From assembly GCF_006345805.1 (NCBI RefSeq), contig NC_042997.1, positions 107,570,001 to 107,634,000 on the forward strand: 64,000 bases of DNA. The letters are read 5' to 3'. Below the pieces are notes generated by a model that searched no databases, was not told where the DNA came from, and saw only the letters and a list, made by a program, of their open reading frames with translations. Within the stretch, counting starts at the first letter, position 1. Every line of letters starts with the position of its first letter. This document shows positions 39,145-49,921 of the stretch, piece after piece. Source of the DNA: Octopus sinensis (lineage: Eukaryota). A program made the translations under genes and the position numbers.

Positions 39145-40035
39145 AGTGGTCTGATCAATAAGTATCCGGACTGTTGCCGTAGTAACGAAGCTAAAGTACG
39201 GAGAGTAAAGCCGCTTGACGTAAATTGACCTTGAACACTGCTGTGCATGCACACTAAGTTTTAACGTTCTAGCTCACTTCCGCTGTTTACAGCAGTGCTT
39301 GGAAGGAAGGTGTGTAGCATGTGATCGTCGCATTAACCATGACAGAGAAAGTTGAGCAGAGAATTTGCATCAAATGTTGCCAAGTGCTTGGCGATACCTG
39401 CTCAGAAGTCTATTCAAAGTTTTCAAAAAGATTTCATTGTTCTCCACACAATCGAGATCTTGTGCAACTGAAACCCGACTGTCTTTTTGGTCAGCTGAAA
39501 GCAGTTTTGGCACAAACTTGGCAGACGCGCGTCTCATATCCAAATCTTCAGTGATAATAGACTGAACTGAACTGTAACTAATCTGCACATCCTCTGAAAA
39601 CTCACGGATGGTGATTCGATGATTTCCCCTCACAGCTGCACGAACATCTACGATGTTTTTCTCAGTTCTGCTGGTTGCAGATCTCCCAGAACGTTCGTCA
39701 CTATCGACATTTTCCGGCCATCCTAGAAATGTCTGAACCACACCTTCACTTGTGTGCGGCTCATTCACTACTCTCCGTACTCTTTCTGCGACATTGCTTA
39801 GGCCTGTGAGCAGGTGTCGCCATGACGACTTTCTCTGTCATGGTCAATGCGACGACCACACACTACACATCTTCCTCCCAAGCACAGCTGTAAACAGCAG
39901 AAGTGAGCTAGACCGTTAAAACTTAGTGTGCATGCACAGCCGAGTTCAAGGTCAATCTGTGCCAAGCGCCTTCACTCTGCCTGCTTTAGCTTCGTTACTA
40001 TGTCAACAGTCTGAATACTTATTGATCAGACCTCG
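39145..40035. mobile_element. Rearranged mariner element made of two inverted 5' ends
   Basis: TA-flanked; 208-nt inverted arms (39145-39352 and 39828-40035) each run from the TIR through the transposase ATG. Plus strand MTEKVEQRICIK; minus strand DERSGR..TSRT, RITIRE, AKFVPKLLS..QK..RV. No DDD domain. Confidence 0.85.
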
Positions 40036-40036
40036 T

Positions 40037-40270
40037 ACATCCAATACATAAATACATACATCCATCCATCCATCCATACATACATACATACATACATACA
40101 TACATACATACATACATACATACATACATGCACACACACATACATACATACATACATACATAATACATACATACATACATACATACATACATACATCCAT
40201 CCATCCATCCATACATACATACATACATACATACATACATACATACATACATACATAGGTACATACATAC
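40037..40270. repeat. (TACA)n/(TCCA)n microsatellite
   Basis: Directly visible. Confidence 0.95.
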
Positions 40271-40271
40271 A

Positions 40272-42282
40272 AGGTGGTGGTGGTCGTCTACTCCTTATAC
40301 AGAGTTTGACCACCTCCTGTACCTACACCTTAGCACCATCATGGCGTCTGATGTAGCTTCTTAAATCAGACAATCTTCTGAAAAGTCACCCACATAGATT
40401 GCACCTCTGATCTGGACTACCAAGACCTGCAGATAAGTTCTGCTCTTTATGGGTCTTAAATGTCTTATGAGGCCTCCGTTGGATTTGAAAACCTTCTGGC
40501 ATACACTGCATTCAAAAGTGTGCACAGACACATAGGCAGAATAGTTGGTGGAGGTTCGTTTTCCATGGGTTCGCAGATGAGATTTGAGGCCAGCAAAAGA
40601 CAGGCAAGGTCTCTCACAGACTGTGCACACAAAAAGTTCATTGTCGTTCACCTTTTCGATCGTTACAGTTTTCCTTAGATCTCTTTTGAGTCTTACTTGC
40701 GTTATCCTGGCCTCTTCAAATGCTTTCACTTCATTCCACACCTTTGTTCGCCATCCAACTCGATCCGAAGTAAGGGTTTCGATATCTTCTGGAACCATTC
40801 CAAGTGACTTCATAGTAGTTCTTATGCCGTCCTTAAATCATTTTTTTAAGGTTTACGCCGATAGCGCTTCCCCTCTGCAAGCTCACCATAAAACATTTGT
40901 TGGGGCATTTTTGGTGGATTTGTTCTAGCAGTTAAAGATGCCTTTCCTAACAAGTCCAAGTTTCACTGGAATACATCAGAGATGGTAAGACAAATGATTT
41001 GTAAAAAGCCAGCTTTATATTCTTATTTATATGTCGCTGGCACCAAACGCGGGACTCCAAGCCACCAAATGCTTTTGCTGCCCTTTAAATTTGCAGATGT
41101 ATTTCTGTATCCAGATTTCCATAATTTTGAGCAGAACTTCCAAGGTAGACGAACGAATCGACAACCTCAAGTAACTTTCCTTTAACAAAAACTTTAGTTG
41201 GGTTACAAACAGCACCACACGCAGGTTGATGCATTACAACTGTTTTTTTTTCTTCAAGTTGATGGTCAAGCCAAAATTATCACAAGCTGAGTCAAATGCA
41301 GATACGAGAGATTGCAAACCTGTTTCAGAATGACTGACAAGATCGCAATCGTCAACATACAAAAGTTCCCTAATGAGTGAAGTAAAAACCTTCGTTTTGA
41401 ATTTCAGTCTGGTCAGATTAAAAACATTCCATGTTGTTCGATATTTTATGTAAATACCCTCTTTAGAGTTTTGAAAAGCATGTGACAACAGCAAAGTATA
41501 TTGCAAAGAGGGTGGATGCATCAAGGTCTCCTTGCTTTACTCTATTTTCCATAGCAAGAGATTCAGAGAGCCTACCACCAAAATTAACGCTAGCTTTCCT
41601 TTCTTGATGCAAAGCCGTGACCATGTTTACAATTTTTTCTGGACAACCTATTTTCCTTAGAATTAGCCACAGAGCATTTCAATTAACAGTATCGAGTGCT
41701 TTGCTCAAATCAACAAAGCAATGGTATAGAGCAAAATTCTGTTCAATGCACTTTTCTTGTAATTGTCTGATAGCAAAAATACAATCAGCTGTGCCCCTGG
41801 AGGAGTGAAAACGATATTGAGACTCAGACACTATATTTGGAAGTATAAACGTATTTAAACGTTCTAACAAAATGCGGGCAAGTACCTTTCCAACAAAAGC
41901 GACATCCCACGAAAATTACCACACAGATCCTTTGGCTCCAATTTATACAAGGAGGCTAAAATGGCATCAATCCAGGAGTACAAACCCTTGGCATCATTTC
42001 TAACAGCTGCTTCTTGTGCACCTTTTGCTCTATCATTCCACCATTCCTGTTTAATTTTCCTTAGAGCAGTCTGCACTTTCCGTTTCAGCTTTCTGTAAGC
42101 TTCGTTTGAGTTGGGGTTCAAGGACTGAGAAAGAAGTGTATTGCCTAAGTTTTTTTATTTTTATTTTTAAGTAGTTCATGAATTTCTGCTGATCTTTCTG
42201 AGAACCAGTCACTGGATTTATGTGATTTAAATCCCATTAATGAACTTGCAGCCTGAAATACTTTTGTTTTGAAATGTTTCCA
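40272..42282 (-). mobile_element. RTE-clade (BovB-like) LINE lacking the APE domain, with RT and C-terminal C2H2 fingers
   Basis: DWFSE, SQY.F.SSRGT.DCIFAIRQLQEKCIEQN..FVDLSKA.DTV, LLYVDDCDLVSHSE..LQ, CTVCERPCLSFAGLKSHLRTH, CSVCQKVFKSNGGLIRH. Confidence 0.85.
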
Positions 42283-42314
<32 letters not shown>

Positions 42315-42340
42315 CATACATACATACATACATACATACA

Positions 42341-42889
42341 CGGTGGCTGTCCCCTCGTTATCGAGTATGGCCATTGCACGAAGCTTAATCAATGTTGTTA
42401 TCATGCAATGCCTGTGCAAGAAGATTTTTTTTTAAGTGAGGAAAGGCTGTGCACTGAGTCAATCCCACTCACTAAGCAACAGCAGTCATAATCCGAAAAG
42501 AAGAACAAGTCTACATCATCGGTAACTGCTGAGCCGCAGGTTTTATGTTATCCCAGTTACCTGAGTTACCTTCTCCTAGAAGGATGCCCTAACAAAGGCT
42601 AGGGGTCCTTCACTCCCAATGGTTTAACCGCGCGATCGGATATTCAGCCCGATTATTTCTATGTCCCTGCGCATGATACATCCTTAAGACATTTATTGGA
42701 TGGCCGTTGACTCTCAAGAGTTCCTCCGCCCTTTGACGGGTTTTGTTTTTCATCCCGTAGGGTGTCCAATAAACACCCTCCTCATCAAGCAAGCTTAGTG
42801 GGGTTGCCGGTTTAGTCACCGACGACCCGACCATGCAACAGGTTGTACTGGGTTACATGTTACCAGTAGCACTCGAAAGTGACCTGACA
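42341..42889 (-). mobile_element. 549-nt dispersed element embedded in (TATG)n, copy 2
   Basis: Reverse-complement homologue of 13003-13557 with identical end positions; (CATA)n on both plus-strand flanks. Confidence 0.7.
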
Positions 42890-42952
42890 TACATACATAC
42901 ATACATACATACATACATACATACATACATACATACATACATACATACATAC

Positions 42953-43632
42953 AAAACATGTGTCACTAAAGAATATTACAGCCGAATAAAGAAAATTTGG
43001 ACCTCAGAACTCTCTGCATTTAACAAAACAGTAGCCCACAATGTGTTTGCAGTGCCAGTACTCATACCAACATTTGGGCTGCTTGATTGGACGCATGATG
43101 AGATCCGAGCCATTGATGTGTAAACGATAAATACTAACCAGCACACATAATTTCCACATAAACAGTGACGTAGATCGTCCCAACCTAAACGCAAACAAAG
43201 CGACAGAGGCTTAACACCGATCCAAAATACCTTTCAATGTCGTATCATATCCCTTCGGCAACATCTTTTAACCACCAAGTGTCAAAGTACATTCCTTGAC
43301 GAAGGCTGGTAACATCATAAGACTGGAAGGTAACATTCCTTGTCTGATAACCTAGAATACATGCCCAAAGAAATCGCACGACTCTACCACAATGTATCAT
43401 CAGATGAAAAGATGAGCCTATATGAGCAGAAGACTATGCATGGATATGTTAGTAGAAAGCTCCGAAATGAAAGTAACATTGATCATCAAAGCAGTCTGTG
43501 ATGGATCAATATTCAGATTACTACCTTCCACTTTGAAGGGTATGCGTTTGTAATCCAGGAACAGGAAATATCAACCAAATACCTGATGCACAAAAGAGAC
43601 AGAGATGCAGGAAAAGTAGTAAAATGTGACAA
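42953..43632 (+). mobile_element. R4/Dong-clade RLE LINE (family alpha), internal post-RT fragment
   Basis: VTKEYYSRIKKIWTSELSAFNKTVAHNVFAVPVLIPTFGLLDW; homologous to about 9930-10640 reversed; begins directly after (TACA)n. Confidence 0.8.
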
Positions 43633-43654
43633 CCAATTCAGACTTTGTGGTTAA

Positions 43655-44163
43655 TTATTTTTTAATACAAAACATGACATAACATTTCTTACGGTCGTTT
43701 CTGCAGCCAATGTTAGTCGGTGCTTACGAAAGAAATTCCGAAATTAATATTCATTTTCATAGCACATTCGATCTAGTATATGGAGCTTCTTCTGAGTGAA
43801 TATAAATGCATAAAACAAAATAAACGAAGGCTCCCCTTTATATTGAGATAACCCATAAATATTTCCCTAGATCACTGCTAGTTCACTCTTTTACCTATCG
43901 ACTTTAAACTCCACGCTACAAGATGGTATGATTTTAATATATTGAGCCTTCTAGTTTCGTCTCGAGGCCCTGTTCTTTCTTCTTCCATTCGTTTATTTTA
44001 TTTTATGCATTTGTATTCACTCTGATGAAGCTCCATGTACTAGATTGAATGTGCTATGAAGATGACGAATATTATTTTCGGGATTTCTTTCGTAAACACC
44101 GACTAACATTTGCAGCAGAAACGGCCGTAAGAAATGTTATGTCATGTTTTGTATTAAAAATAA
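43655..44163. repeat. Inverted repeat with about 175-nt arms and a 159-nt spacer; right arm carries a hammerhead-like core
   Basis: 43655-43828 vs 43988-44163 read as reverse complements with scattered mismatches; CTGATGA at 44022-44028 and GAAACGGCCGTA at 44118-44129. Confidence 0.85.
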
Positions 44164-44403
44164 TAAACTGATGTTGGTCAATTTGTTTGTTGAGCAAAAG
44201 TTTTCTCCATTTTCCGCTTATTTAAATTTGATTCCTGATAAGCTTTTGTTTATTCCGTTGTTACCTGTACCTGTATGAGCATAGTGTGCTTGCATACCTA
44301 TGCCCAGGGATAGCATAGGTAAATGATACACCGATAGTAAGAACGGATACTATTATCTCTTAGACGGTTAGTCCAACCGCTAACTCTGCTTACTTATATA
44401 TAT

Positions 44404-44693
44404 GGAGGCGCAGTGGTTAGGGCAGCTGACTCGCGGTCGTAGGATCGCGGTTTTGGTTCCCAGACCGGGCGTTGTACGTCTTTATTGAAGGAAAACACCT
44501 AAAGCTCCACGAGGCTCTGGCAGTGGATGGTAGCGATCACTGCTGTACTCTTTCGCCACAACTTTCTCTCGCTCTTTCTTCTGTTCGCCTGCTCGCTTAG
44601 CCAGCGGGGTGGCGTCGTTTGAAGGCTAAAACTATGCGAAGGACCAGCAATGTGTAGCAACATCTGATAGCCTGGTCGATCACGGTGGTCACG

Positions 44694-44699
<6 letters not shown>
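44404..44699 (+). mobile_element. tRNA-derived SINE
   Basis: A-box-like GGCGCAGTGGTTAG, degenerate B-box GGTTTTGGTTCCC, ends in (TA)n. Confidence 0.55.
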
Positions 44700-44730
<31 letters not shown>

Positions 44731-44911
44731 TCAGAGGACATACTGAGTATGAGCTTTGATTAATTTTAATCCTTCAGCTATTTAATGCTTTGGGGGGGGG
44801 CCGCAATCGCCTATATTATTGATTCTGTCTTTATCATTTTTAATTGTCACCCTAGATAATGACAAAGTCTATATCTTCGCAAATATTTTCTGAATTATTT
44901 GCTCCGTATTG

Positions 44912-45007
<96 letters not shown>

Positions 45008-45029
45008 ATATATATATATATATATATAT

Positions 45030-45117
<88 letters not shown>

Positions 45118-45132
45118 TATATATTATATATA

Positions 45133-45170
<38 letters not shown>

Positions 45171-45195
45171 TATATATATTTATATACATATATAC
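44912..45195. repeat. Very long interrupted (TA)n
   Basis: Directly visible. Confidence 0.95.
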
Positions 45196-45639
45196 ATATT
45201 GTGTGATGTGCATAGTATTTGCAATGACCTACTAATAGTTTCACACATTGAAGGTATTGTCTAGGCAGGTTTTAAAACACACCTGGTGTCTCCAAGTATT
45301 ATTCAGGCTCTCTGCACATGCCTATACAAGTTACAAATTGGGGTAAAAGAACAAAAGAAATCACGAGAGAAAACGAGATGAAGGTAGGATCAAAAAGAGG
45401 AGTGGAGAAAAACGGAATTATGTCCCCTTTGACAGCAGAGTGTTAAGGCTTGTTGGTTTAGAAGAAACGGAAGGGTTCCAAAGTCTGTGATACAGCTGCT
45501 CAAACTGGAGAGAGTGGTGTCCTCCAATTTGCCAAAAGAAACTTGTTCATATGTTTACATTTTCTGAAAATTTCTGATCTGGAATTTCGTAGTGTGGTGG
45601 ATCTTTCAGCTACGCATAACTTGCATTTTTTCCCCATTA

Positions 45640-45960
45640 ATATATGTTATGGATTTTTCTACGTTTTTTCTACTTGATTGCATATGGCGTGGAGTTGGTC
45701 TTCAAACCCCATACGTAGCTGGACAACTTAGTGACTTTACTTTTGTCCATGTGCTGGAAAAAGGATAAGTGGTTCGCATAGCGACTTTTGAAGTCGGCTT
45801 CGCATAACCCGATGTAATTCTTATTTTCGGCTTCGTTATCATGTAGCGTCGCTGTAACTTCTACCTCGTATATGACGGAATCTACCATGCACCCATGGAA
45901 CTTGTTCGCTCCGTTGATTCTACACCATCTAACCTTACGACTCTATGTGCAAAGGGTACA
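45640..45960 (-). mobile_element. Penelope-like element, GIY-YIG endonuclease fragment
   Basis: ORF 45670-45888: VIYEVEV...YIGLCEADFKSRYANH...TKLSSYVWGLK. Confidence 0.8.
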
Positions 45961-46364
45961 TAACTCTAAAGCTTCTCTTTCTTTTTTCCTTTCTTTTTCC
46001 GTTTTCCCCCCCTATTCCACTTTTGGAACCTACCTTTATTTTGTTTTGTTTTTTTCGTGATTTCTCTTGCTCTTTTGTCCTCATTTTAAACTTGTATAGG
46101 ATATGTGCTCAAAGCCCGAAGAATACTTGAAGACAGTAGGCTTGCTTTAAAATCTACCTAGATAATATCCTCAATGTATGAAACTATTAATAGCTCATAG
46201 TTATATACTGTGTACACTAAACAGTATTTTGTCTCTCGCCTGATAGAGTGCTTTTTTATTGATTTTACTTTAACAGAAAAGCAAACAATGTAAATACACA
46301 TACACATACACACCAAAAACCATCCTCGTAAGCGCAGCACGCCCCAATGATCAAGAAGCTCTAT

Positions 46365-46495
46365 AATCACGAAATTCGGTGTTCGATTCCACGGTGTGGC
46401 ATCTCGAGCAAGTCTTGTTTTCCATAGCCTCGTGTTGACCTATAGCTTTTGAGGGGATCTGAGTAAGTGGAAACTATACAGAAGCCTGTGAGATA
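46365..46495 (+). mobile_element. Degenerate tRNA-SINE 5' part (family of 36012-36375)
   Basis: B-box GTTCGATTCC followed by GGCATCTCGAGCAAGTC..CCATAGCCTCG. Confidence 0.4.
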
Positions 46496-47149
46496 GAATG
46501 CACTGGCCTTAATCTAAAAGGCCTTGTCCTCTGCTGTGTTGCACTGATTCGATCAAAGAATTACAGGTGTCTGTACAAGAGTCGACTTCTACGTTAATTC
46601 AATGAGCCGGAAGTTCAGGTGATTAGGTAAACGAATACTCTTGGTCGGAAATTTTGACTGAAATCAATCAATCAGTCTACCTACCTACCTACCTACCTAC
46701 CTATCTACCTATCTTTCTATCTATTTCTCTGTTTATCCATCTGTCTACCTGTCTGTCTAAAGACACTGAACTCCATTCTGCGATCCGATCCACCACCCAC
46801 CCTAAACAATCGAACATAGTGCTACCGAAATGCCGCACACGTCTGCTCGAGTTTGAGCTACATGCATCCATCATGGTCCATCAAATATCAAACTGTGGTT
46901 TTGTTGCCACGTTGCACCTGTCTTTCCAGCCCATCACACGGCTCTTTGTCCCGTCATGTCTTCAAGCATATGCTTTAGCTCTGACAACGCAGCCTTCTTG
47001 CTTTCATCGAAGAATTTGTCAAGAGCCAATCTTGCAGTAAACATATCGATTGCGATGCCTTTTCTGGGCGTGTCTTCTAAGTTTCTAAATAGGATTTTCT
47101 TCAATCTTATAAAACCTTATTGATTCACACTTTCCAGAGCGTATTTGTT

Positions 47150-48513
47150 GTTGACGCTTTCCATCTTCAACACCCGTTTAATTAATTCCTTAATCTGGTT
47201 TCTGCCGCTCTTCCTGAATTTTGACTTCTAATTCGCTTTTTGAAGAACATTTGTGCATCCTCACTCTTGTACCTAAGTGTCACCACAAATGTTCAATGGG
47301 AAACTGAAGGGGCCATTTCATAACCCTCATCCTTTTCTCCTCAAACCAACCCATTGAGACTCTGGATGTGTGGCATGGAGCAGTGTCTTGTTCAAAAATT
47401 ACGCCGTCTGGGATGTTATCATTGTAACTTTTAGCTAAGGACGGTTGATAAGCTTGATCTAACTTGCTGGTGTAAGTGTTGGAATTCATTCTGACCTCCT
47501 CACAAGTGAACAATATTCCTGGGCCTGAAGACGATATGCAGTCCAAAACCCTTACGCTTTCTCCTCCAAAATTGACTGTTGGGATCACGCATCCAGGATG
47601 ATAAGCCTCCCCAACTCTACGGCAAACATAAACAGCTCCAGAGATTCCAAAGATTTGACGAGAAAAATATTTCTGATCACTTTTGGTATCCAATAAAAAA
47701 TTTGTACAACAGTAAGAATTTCAATCATGCCTCGTAAAGTGGTGAAAATGAATGTGGAGAAACTACATCAAAATTATTTTCATCAGACCTAACAAATTTA
47801 GACCTATCATCATCAGTCGAATCTTTATGGTCTTTTGCCCAAGACAATCGCTTCTTCGTGTTCACCCCAAACAGCAACGGCTTCTTTCTGGCCTTACATC
47901 CTTTGAACCCAACTTTTAATATCCTTTTTCTCATCGCGCGAGTTGATATATCCTGAAACTCAGCAGCTACGTCAGAAGAGGTCTTTTTCCTATCCAGCAG
48001 AGATCTTTTCAGCAACCTGTCTTCCCTCGTGGTTGTACACTTTCTGCGACCTCGCTCTTTACAGTTTTTGAAAGGATTGATCTCATTGTACCTTTTGATG
48101 GACACCTTTTCACAAACATTTTAATTCTGTTGCCATTTCAACTTGAAAGAATCCTTCACTGGATTATGCAATGATTTGAGCTCTTTGAGTCACAGGAATC
48201 TATTTCTTCGGAGACATTTTCAACAAATATTAACCACTGATAAATAATTAACTAGATATTCACTAAAAAAAATAGGAAAAAACGTTAGTGTCACACAATG
48301 CGTGACAGAAAATAGATCCAGCCATTTGCGCCAACTTAGTCTCAAGTATGCAAAAACGCATAAAAGCAATTATAAATGCAAACGGAGGACACATCAGATA
48401 CTAATTATTGATGGGAGAGACGCTGGAATATTTATTAGACTGTTTTAAGCTATTAAAAAATGAGGTTTCTATCATATGCTCTATTTTGTTCCATATTTTT
48501 GGCCAAGGCTGTG
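47150..48513 (-). mobile_element. Tc1-family DNA transposon, transposase pseudogene
   Basis: HTH region (GRRKCTT.REDRLL, ARKKPLL, KRLSWAK, SDE..F) at 47725-48105; DDE region (FEQDTAPCHTSR, WP...PIEHLW) at 47280-47693; TIR-like end CACAGCCTTGGCCAAAAATATGGAAC next to TA at 48514. Left TIR not found. Confidence 0.8.
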
Positions 48514-48547
48514 TATACATACATACATACATACATACATACATACA

Positions 48548-48578
<31 letters not shown>

Positions 48579-48659
48579 GTATATGGTCAATTCAAAGAAC
48601 AAAGTAAAAAAGGAAAAAACGAAAGTGAGGACGTGCACAAGAAATACATTCATTTGAGC

Positions 48660-48850
48660 TCTGGTGATATGCCGAAAAGCTAAGCGCTATATGTACGTAT
48701 TTCCTTTTCATATGTTTCTGACGAAGAGCTCCGTTAGAAACGTTATAATCCTCCTTCTTTCTTTCCTATCCCGAGCTCCAATAACACTATACTTGTTCCA
48801 CATCCTCGCGTTGTTGTGTTTTCTCTTTGTGTTTTCATGTTTGGATTATA
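48660..48850 (+). mobile_element. Possible Penelope LTR-like repeat with a degenerate minimal hammerhead core
   Basis: CTGACGA at 48718-48724, short stem GAGCTCCGTTA, GAAACGTTA at 48737-48745; stem I does not pair convincingly. Confidence 0.35.
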
Positions 48851-49015
48851 TATATATAATCTTCCCTTGTCTCTTCACTCCTCCACCTCTCCCTGTCACA
48901 ATCTTTCCTCTCTCGCCTTCTCAATCTCTCTAAATATATAGTCGCATAAATATATATCTTCTTATCTTCTCTCGAACATATTTAGATAGATAAATAAATA
49001 GACAGATTATCCAAC

Positions 49016-49921
49016 ATGTCCAGAGCCTGGAGACCTGACGAACTGGCGTTATTCATACGAGCCTGGAAATGCGCCGACGGAGATAGCCCTAGCGAGGTGA
49101 TTGCGGCTGCGCTGAAGAACAACGGCTACAAGAGGACAGCGGCTCAGATGGAGCGAAAGAGACGGGAATTCGTGCGCTCCTATGCGCTTGTACGGTCGCA
49201 CATTGGCGCACTTGATGCCATCTTTGAAAACGAGCGGGGCAAAGATGGCAAAAATGGAGACGATGAAAGCAGTCACCCCCACCTGGTGGACGCCCGGGAG
49301 GAGGTTTTGAGTGAGAAACCTGCCCGGGAAGTGAACCCAGGTGCAAGTTCTCCAACCGGCAGCAAGGGCCATGGAGACGGAGAACCCGGGGAAGAGGTAG
49401 AGGGAGGAAGAAGAACTAAAAGAAGGACTGAAAGAGCTAAAGGAAAAGCTCAAGCAGGACCAAAGGGTGAAACAACCAGGAATGGAAGTGGAACCGCAAA
49501 GGATGGAAACAAGCAGCGCACACGGGTGTGTAGGTTCTACCTGAGAGGTACCTGCTGGCATGGAAAGGAAGGTGCAGGCTGCCGCTTTGCACATCGGGTA
49601 TCCTGCCGCAGAGACACGAGGCAGATGGACAAGCCATCAACACAAGGAAAAGGGAAGGTCCACGCACCACCTGCCCCAAAGCAGAGGTACGCAGATGTTG
49701 TGCGTGCCACAAACCGCAAACATGATGTTGTTGAAAGGGCAGCTGCTGAGCAGCAATCTTTTTTGTGCATGGCACAAAAGATTGTACAGCAGCTGACCTG
49801 GCTTCATCAAACCCAAGCCCGCAGGTGGGACTACCCACTATATACCAGACCACCACAGCAAACAGACCCAGGATGGACACCGCCGGCAACAACATACACC
49901 TCACCTCGATGCTCCTACTGA
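49016..49921 (+). CDS. LINE ORF1 (301 aa): N-terminal Myb/SANT trihelix-like domain, charged linker, CCCH zinc finger
   Basis: Uninterrupted ORF; W.PDE..LFI..W...IAAAL..NGY.RT..Q...K pattern; CRFYLRGTCWHGKEGAGCRFAH (C-x7-C-x8-C-x3-H). Confidence 0.8.
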   Translation: MSRAWRPDELALFIRAWKCADGDSPSEVIAAALKNNGYKRTAAQMERKRREFVRSYALVRSHIGALDAIFENERGKDGKNGDDESSHPHLVDAREEVLSEKPAREVNPGASSPTGSKGHGDGEPGEEVEGGRRTKRRTERAKGKAQAGPKGETTRNGSGTAKDGNKQRTRVCRFYLRGTCWHGKEGAGCRFAHRVSCRRDTRQMDKPSTQGKGKVHAPPAPKQRYADVVRATNRKHDVVERAAAEQQSFLCMAQKIVQQLTWLHQTQARRWDYPLYTRPPQQTDPGWTPPATTYTSPRCSY

